The notes beneath the pieces were generated by a model that saw only the letters and a list, made by a program, of their open reading frames with translations, did not search any database and was not told the DNA's origin. 32,000 nt of DNA, from NCBI GenBank assembly GCA_963801575.1, contig CAWDFT010000011.1, positions 31,152-63,151 of the forward strand, in the 5' to 3' direction. Positions 27,581-32,000 of this stretch are shown here, one piece after another. This stretch comes from an uncultured Actinomycetota bacterium (GTDB lineage: Bacteria; Actinomycetota; Actinomycetes; Mycobacteriales; Mycobacteriaceae). The translations under genes were made by a program, and so were the position numbers. Numbering within the stretch: the stretch's first letter is position 1; each line of letters starts with the position of its first letter.

Positions 27581-28246
27581 GTGGCATCAGTGTTGTCGGT
27601 CAACCTGGCACGTGTCCGCGCGAATCCTGACGCACCGTCGAGGTCGACGGGTATCGACAAGACAGCGGCACAGGAGGCGGTCATGGTACGGCCACCCGGG
27701 CCGATGCGCGGTGGTCTAGGCAGCGGGCTGGTCGGTGACACCATCGGCAACCAGAAGCTCCATGGCGGCGACGATCAAGCCGTCTACGCCTATGCCCGGG
27801 AAGACCTCGACGGGTGGGAAACCCAACTCGCCCGCTCGCTCACCAACGGAATGTTCGGTGAGAATCTCACGACGTCTGGCGTCGATGTGTCCCAGGCGCG
27901 GATCGGTGAACGCTGGCGCATCGGTGCCGATGGACTGGTGCTCGAAGTCTCCGCGCCCCGGACTCCATGCCGCACCTTCTCGGCCTTCCTGCAACTGGAC
28001 AACTGGATCAAGACCTTCACCGAGGCGGCGAAACCCGGTGCCTATCTGCGGGTTATCGCACCCGGCCCGGTGCGCGCCGGGGACACGATCTCAATCGACC
28101 ACCGCCCCGATCACGACGTGACGATCGGCCTCGTATTCCGCGCTCGCATGTCCGACCCCGACCTGCTTCCGCAGTTGTTGGTGGCCGATGCGCTTTCATC
28201 GGAGCTCAAGGCCTATGCGCGAAAACGCCACCCGCATGGGCCCTGA
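27581..28246 (+). CDS. MOSC-domain protein (YiiM-like)
   Basis: KLHGGDDQAVYAYAREDLDGWE, MFGENLTTSGVDVSQARIGERWRIG, LEVSAPRTPC, PGPVRAGD. Confidence 0.88.
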   Translation: MASVLSVNLARVRANPDAPSRSTGIDKTAAQEAVMVRPPGPMRGGLGSGLVGDTIGNQKLHGGDDQAVYAYAREDLDGWETQLARSLTNGMFGENLTTSGVDVSQARIGERWRIGADGLVLEVSAPRTPCRTFSAFLQLDNWIKTFTEAAKPGAYLRVIAPGPVRAGDTISIDHRPDHDVTIGLVFRARMSDPDLLPQLLVADALSSELKAYARKRHPHGP

Positions 28247-28250
28247 AAAG

Positions 28251-28619
28251 TCAGCCCGCCGCCCACTCCTTGGCCCTCTCGAGTTCGTCGAGGCCGAACA
28301 GCTTGATCTCGCCGGGGACCATCCAAGCGAAGGCGTGCAACGCGTGGCCGACCCAGTCCTTGTCGGAAACGACAGCAACTCGCTTGAACGCCGAATGATG
28401 CTGTATCACGGCGCCCAGGCCCAGTTTCAGGTCCTCGATCAGGCCGCCGGGTCCGAAGCCCTCGTAATCCGGGGCCACCACCTCGACGATTCTGATCTCG
28501 CTGGCTTTCACGAGTTCCTCCATCGCCGGCTTGAACTCGCGCAAGTCGTCACCGCGCACGCGGCCTGAGACGCGGATGCCGGTCACTCCCTCCGGCATGT
28601 CTGGCAGCATCTCGATCAT
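28251..28619 (-). CDS. SpoIIAA/STAS-like domain protein
   Basis: GVTGIRVSGRVRGDDLREFKPAMEELV...GLGAVIQHHSAFKRVAVVSDKDWVGHALHAFAWMVPGEIKLFGLDELERAKEW. Confidence 0.75.
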   Translation of the reverse strand: MIEMLPDMPEGVTGIRVSGRVRGDDLREFKPAMEELVKASEIRIVEVVAPDYEGFGPGGLIEDLKLGLGAVIQHHSAFKRVAVVSDKDWVGHALHAFAWMVPGEIKLFGLDELERAKEWAAG

Positions 28620-28736
28620 CGATCCTCCTCCGTCGCGTGGCCGGGTAATCCAACGACCCCAAATGTCTCACAGTCCACGAATCAGGACTCGAACATCGGT
28701 CCGTTGAAGCTCGCTCTGCCGCGGCGACTCAGGCGA

Positions 28737-28773
28737 GGGCCTCTGGTCCTGGCGACAGTGGACCTCTGGCCCT
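28737..28773. promoter_or_regulatory. Two DosR-box-like sequences between the STAS-like and CBS/MgtE genes
   Basis: Minus strand: AGGACCAGAGGCCC (28737-28750). Plus strand: GTGGACCTCTGGCCCT (28758-28773). Confidence 0.45.
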
Positions 28774-28842
28774 CGTGTAGACCTCCCGAGGTGAGGACAG
28801 TCGTGGTGTGGAGATCACTGGTGCACCCGGCGAGGTTAGCCG

Positions 28843-29391
28843 GTGATCAGCGATTCGGCGCTCACCAATCCAGACACGGATTCGCTGGGCGACCCGGGTA
28901 TCGCGCTGCACCATACCTCCGGCAGGGTTCCCATCGCGGCTCCCGATGATCTGGTCTCCGAAGTACTTGATCGCATGCGGGGCAAGCGATTCGAGAGTGC
29001 GGCGGCGGTCGCGGTGCTCGACGACGACCGCTTGGGTATCGCTACCATCGAGCGGATGTTCGGCGCGCCGCAGGGCGCCGCGCTGCGTGACGTGATGGAT
29101 GCCGCGCCTCCCGTCGTGGCACCCGACACGGACCAGGAGCATGCGGCCTGGCAAGCGGTGCACCGTGACGAACCTGGTCTCGCTGTTGTCGACGACGAGG
29201 GCCGATTCCGTGGGTTGATCGCTCCGCAACAGCTACTCACGGTTCTGTTGCAGGAGCACGACGAGGACATGGCCCGCCTCGGCGGGTACCTGCGCTCGGT
29301 TCGATCGGCCCGCGCGACCAGCGTCGAATCGGTAGCCCGACGACTATGGCACCGGACGCCATGGCTGGTGGTCGGGCTGTCGGCGCAATGA
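28843..29391 (+). CDS. CBS-domain portion of an MgtE-like Mg2+ transporter
   Basis: TSGRVPIAAPDDLVSEVLDRMRG...AAAVAVLDDDRLGIATIERMF...LAVVDDEGRFRGLIAPQQLLTVLLQEHDEDMARLGG. Ends in RRLWHRTPWLVVGLSAQ, where MgtE would continue into TM1. Confidence 0.8.
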   Translation: MISDSALTNPDTDSLGDPGIALHHTSGRVPIAAPDDLVSEVLDRMRGKRFESAAAVAVLDDDRLGIATIERMFGAPQGAALRDVMDAAPPVVAPDTDQEHAAWQAVHRDEPGLAVVDDEGRFRGLIAPQQLLTVLLQEHDEDMARLGGYLRSVRSARATSVESVARRLWHRTPWLVVGLSAQ

Positions 29392-29837
29392 TGTCGGCGG
29401 GCTTGATGTCGGCGTTTGAGACACAGCTCAGCGCAAACGTGGCGGTCGCCTACTTCATACCTGGAATCGTCTATCTCGCAGACGCAGTGGGCACCCAGAC
29501 CGAGACACTGGCCATTCGTGGTCTGTCAGTCGGTGTGGGTATCCGTGGCACCGCCGGCCGCGAGGTGCTTACCGGGTTGTCCGTGGGCGTCATGCTGGCG
29601 ACGGTGCTGCTGCCCGTGGTGGCGCTCATGGCCAACGATTGGATGCTGGCCGCCGCCGTCTCGGTAGCCGTGCTTGCCGCCAGCACGATCGCCACCGTGG
29701 TGGCGCTGGCGCTGCCCTGGCTGCTGCATAGCATGGGCAAGGATCCCGCATTCGGTTCTGGACCACTGGCCACCGTTGTTCAGGACCTGTTGTCGATCCT
29801 CATTTACCTCGGCGCGGTCACCATCCTGCTGACCTGA
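29346..29837 (+). CDS. MgtE-like transmembrane domain, in a different frame from the CBS portion
   Basis: MMSAGLMSAFETQLSANVAVAYFIPGIVYLADAVGTQTETLAIRGLSVG...TVVALALPWLLHSMGKDPAFGSGPLATVVQDLLSILIYLGAVTILL. Confidence 0.85.
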   Translation: MAPDAMAGGRAVGAMMSAGLMSAFETQLSANVAVAYFIPGIVYLADAVGTQTETLAIRGLSVGVGIRGTAGREVLTGLSVGVMLATVLLPVVALMANDWMLAAAVSVAVLAASTIATVVALALPWLLHSMGKDPAFGSGPLATVVQDLLSILIYLGAVTILLT

Positions 29838-29945
29838 CGGACCGCTCCTCCTCCAGGAGGGCAGCGACCGCTGTGCGTAACGCTGCCCAGGACTGTGAGA
29901 AGTGGCCAACGGCCGCCGACTAACAGCCCGTGGGGTTAGGCTGAC

Positions 29946-30263
29946 ATGTCTATCGAGTCGTTCGGGAGCGTGGTGGTGGTCGTGAAGCGCGGTTTGCTGG
30001 TCTTAGGCTGTGCGGTGGCATTCGCCGCGACACCGCTGGTGGTTGCCTCGCCGGCTGCAGCGGACTGCCCGTGGGGCACCAAGCAGACCCGTTTCGAGGG
30101 CGTGTGCACCAGTGGCGCCGGCGGTGGAAGCGCGCCCATTCCGCCGGTCGCCCCGTCTAGCGGTGGCCCCGTCTATAACCCGAGCGGACAGGGTTCGGTG
30201 AACGGCATTCCATGCACAGCCGAGCACTACGGCCTCTGCCAGGCCCTGATGCAACAGGGCTGA
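29946..30263 (+). CDS. Small secreted Cys-containing protein
   Basis: Signal peptide ending ASPAAA, then a DCPWGTKQTRFEGVC... mature region with four cysteines. Confidence 0.6.
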   Translation: MSIESFGSVVVVVKRGLLVLGCAVAFAATPLVVASPAAADCPWGTKQTRFEGVCTSGAGGGSAPIPPVAPSSGGPVYNPSGQGSVNGIPCTAEHYGLCQALMQQG

Positions 30264-30282
30264 CTTCACCTCACTTCGCCTA

Positions 30283-30612
30283 TCACGTCGCCGTAACACG
30301 TTGCTGCATCACCGCGATGACCGGTGCGCCTTGCGGAATACCGTCGGCGCTGAGGCAAACTGCCGAAGATGCCTGCGTGACCACGTTATTCCCGAGCACC
30401 GATACCCGTGCGGCGGCGGTAATCCATTGAATCGTCACGCACGGCTGCGTCTCGGTGCCGACCGTGAACCGGCATCCTGTGATCACCCACCGGCTGGAAA
30501 GGTCGGCGGTGAACTGCCCGCTTACCGCCACCCGAGTCTGCGTGTCTTGCAGGGTCGCGGTGCCGCCATGCGGGCAGCTGATGGTGGCGTTGGCGTGTAG
30601 CAGTTTCGACAT
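30283..30612 (-). CDS. PAAR-like (DUF4280-type) spike-tip protein
   Basis: LLHANATISCPHGGTATLQDTQTRVAVSGQ...WVITGCRFTVGTETQPCVTIQW...VSVLGNNVV...CLSADGIPQGAPVIAVMQQRV. Confidence 0.6.
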   Translation of the reverse strand: MSKLLHANATISCPHGGTATLQDTQTRVAVSGQFTADLSSRWVITGCRFTVGTETQPCVTIQWITAAARVSVLGNNVVTQASSAVCLSADGIPQGAPVIAVMQQRVTAT

Positions 30613-30623
30613 GCTCTCGCCTT

Positions 30624-31049
30624 CTATGTGATCACCAGCGCGCCGTCATTGATGTCGACCGATGGCCCGGCCAGGGTGATCGTCGCCCCCTTGCCGTTGT
30701 CGATGGAGATTCCGGCGTCAGTGATCGTCACAAATGCGCCACCGGCCGCCTTGAATGTGATGCCGGGGCCACCGGCGAGATCCGCGGCCGATTCGTAGAA
30801 GTATCCGGACCAGATGGGCGACGTCGTATCCCCTCCCTCGAACTCGATCCAGACCCTTGCCCCCGTGGCCGGAACAAATGGCCCCATCTGAACACCGGCT
30901 AATGGCACGCACGCCATCGCAAACGTGGACGGGCTATCCCTCAGCACGTCGGGAACCAGTGCCTGAATTCGGCCCTGCTGCAGCGGATCAACGTTGTTGA
31001 AAACAGTCCCGCGATACTTTCCGAAGTACTTGTCGGCGTCTGCAGTCAC
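30624..31049 (-). CDS. Phage-baseplate-V / gp5 OB-fold-like spike protein
   Basis: YFGKYRGTVFNNVDPLQQGRIQALVPDVL...GPFVPATGARVWIEFEGGDTTSPIWSGYFY followed by a short repetitive beta region (GGAFVTITDAGISIDNGKGATITLAGPSVDINDGALVIT). Confidence 0.75.
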   Translation of the reverse strand: MTADADKYFGKYRGTVFNNVDPLQQGRIQALVPDVLRDSPSTFAMACVPLAGVQMGPFVPATGARVWIEFEGGDTTSPIWSGYFYESAADLAGGPGITFKAAGGAFVTITDAGISIDNGKGATITLAGPSVDINDGALVIT

Positions 31050-31077
31050 AAAGGCTCCTAGTGGTTGTCGGACGGTA

Positions 31078-31473
31078 TCAGCGAAGCGGGTCGATGAGGT
31101 CGCGAAAGCTCGCCGCCGGAAAGACCGACGCGCCCGCGTTTCGGACCCGGTCGGCCAACGTGCTATCCGATGTCACAACGTTGATCTCGTGAGGTCGATC
31201 GTCGGACGTAACCAGCCGGACGATCTCGTCATCGGCCGAGTTGGCGGCCGCCTTCAGCGCGTGCGCTATCTCGATCACATCTGAGTCGATCGGTGGCGAC
31301 GGCGGCCGCTCGAATACCACCGTCACATTCCGTTCATGCCCTGAAGCCCACCGTTCGAGCTGGCCGACCAGCCCAACCATCGCCCTCCTACGGTTCTTCC
31401 ACCAGCCGTCCGGGCGGGTGCCGATGACATTCATGGCGTCGACGATCCACCGCGCACCTGCGACGGTATTCAC
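31078..31473 (-). CDS. NYN-domain (YacP-like, PIN-related) predicted RNA-binding/RNase protein
   Basis: ARWIVDAMNVIGTRPDGWWKNRRRAMVGLVGQLERWA...VTVVFERPP...INVVTSDSTLADRVRNAGASVFPAASF. The GTG start at 31473 is inferred. Confidence 0.75.
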   Translation of the reverse strand: MNTVAGARWIVDAMNVIGTRPDGWWKNRRRAMVGLVGQLERWASGHERNVTVVFERPPSPPIDSDVIEIAHALKAAANSADDEIVRLVTSDDRPHEINVVTSDSTLADRVRNAGASVFPAASFRDLIDPLR

Positions 31474-31477
31474 TACG

Positions 31478-31921
31478 TCATCCCCCGTGCAGCCGTGCGG
31501 CGAGCTGATCGAAAGTAAGCGTCCAACCGTTGTCGAAGTTTTCGAATTCCTCTGGCGGAAGCAGGGAATGCTCGATGGAAATGAATGTCTCGTCGTCGCC
31601 GATCGGCTCGAAGGCGACGTTGACGACACTGGCCACTGTCGGGTCTGGCCAATTCGAGTTGCTCCAGGTGAAGCGCAGCAGATGTGGGCGATCGATTGTC
31701 AGGAACTGTCCGGTGATCAGTACGCGGGTGCCCGAATCGTCGACGTCGAAGCGCACGTTCCCCCCGATGCGAGGTTCGACGGTGACGTCGAGAACTCGGA
31801 CGGGGCGCGGACACATCCACTCCTCGAGCGCCTCCGGATCGAGCCATTGGTCGAATACCACCTCTGGCTCTGGTGTGGCGGGCATGACGCGTTGCACGCG
31901 GACCGTCGCCGTCTCCGTCAT
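31478..31921 (-). CDS. SRPBCC / AHSA1-like domain protein
   Basis: ATVRVQRVMPATPEPEVVFDQWLDPEALEEWMCPRP...IGGNVRFDVDDSG...HSLLPPEEFENFDNGWTLTFDQLAARL. Confidence 0.85.
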   Translation of the reverse strand: MTETATVRVQRVMPATPEPEVVFDQWLDPEALEEWMCPRPVRVLDVTVEPRIGGNVRFDVDDSGTRVLITGQFLTIDRPHLLRFTWSNSNWPDPTVASVVNVAFEPIGDDETFISIEHSLLPPEEFENFDNGWTLTFDQLAARLHGG

Positions 31922-32000
31922 CGTGCACGCCCCTTGCGGCGCAGGCGCGCCGACAACGCGTCCGCGCGGGTCGACCAGAAGTCGGTCTGTTCATTGATCC
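31918..32000 (-). CDS. C-terminal end of an upstream gene, partial
   Basis: Open frame from the window edge, INEQTDFWSTRADALSARLRRKGRAR*, whose stop overlaps the SRPBCC start (ATGA). Confidence 0.5.
   Translation of the reverse strand, partial: INEQTDFWSTRADALSARLRRKGRAR

Noticed and set aside
31473-31994. 173-aa minus-strand ORF overlapping the SRPBCC gene
   Set aside because: Arg-rich shadow ORF; the overlapping frame encodes a recognisable AHSA1/SRPBCC protein.

Overview
This is a high-GC actinobacterial window, most likely from Mycobacterium or a close relative. The left part (about 0-14 kb) holds an OmpR-type two-component system, a tandem ferritin-like lipoprotein, a DUF2231 membrane protein, a VIT-family transporter, a P1B ATPase with a C-terminal hemerythrin-like domain, a PaaK-like ligase, a likely F420-dependent LLM oxidoreductase, a DDN-like reductase and two alpha/beta hydrolases. 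Several intergenic regions there contain sequences resembling DosR/DevR boxes. The middle (about 14-25 kb) is accessory DNA. It has hydrolase and ATPase remnants, then five minus-strand type II toxin-antitoxin modules in a row. Each module is followed at its 3' side by one copy of an approximately 75-80 bp dispersed repeat. A complete IS982-like element (19-bp inverted repeats, CTAG flanks) sits between one repeat and its module. The right part has a methyltransferase, a P450, a DUF4383 membrane protein, a MOSC protein, a STAS/SpoIIAA-like protein, an MgtE-like magnesium transporter apparently split by a frameshift, and a minus-strand operon with an NYN-domain protein, a gpV-like baseplate protein and a PAAR-like tip protein. 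The two strongest candidates for something undescribed are (1) the ordered array of toxin-antitoxin units plus repeats and (2) a duplicated promoter region of about 105 bp with 11-bp-phased TCCAAG repeats linking the two-component system to the ferritin/DUF2231 operon. All family calls come from reading the translations; no database search was run.
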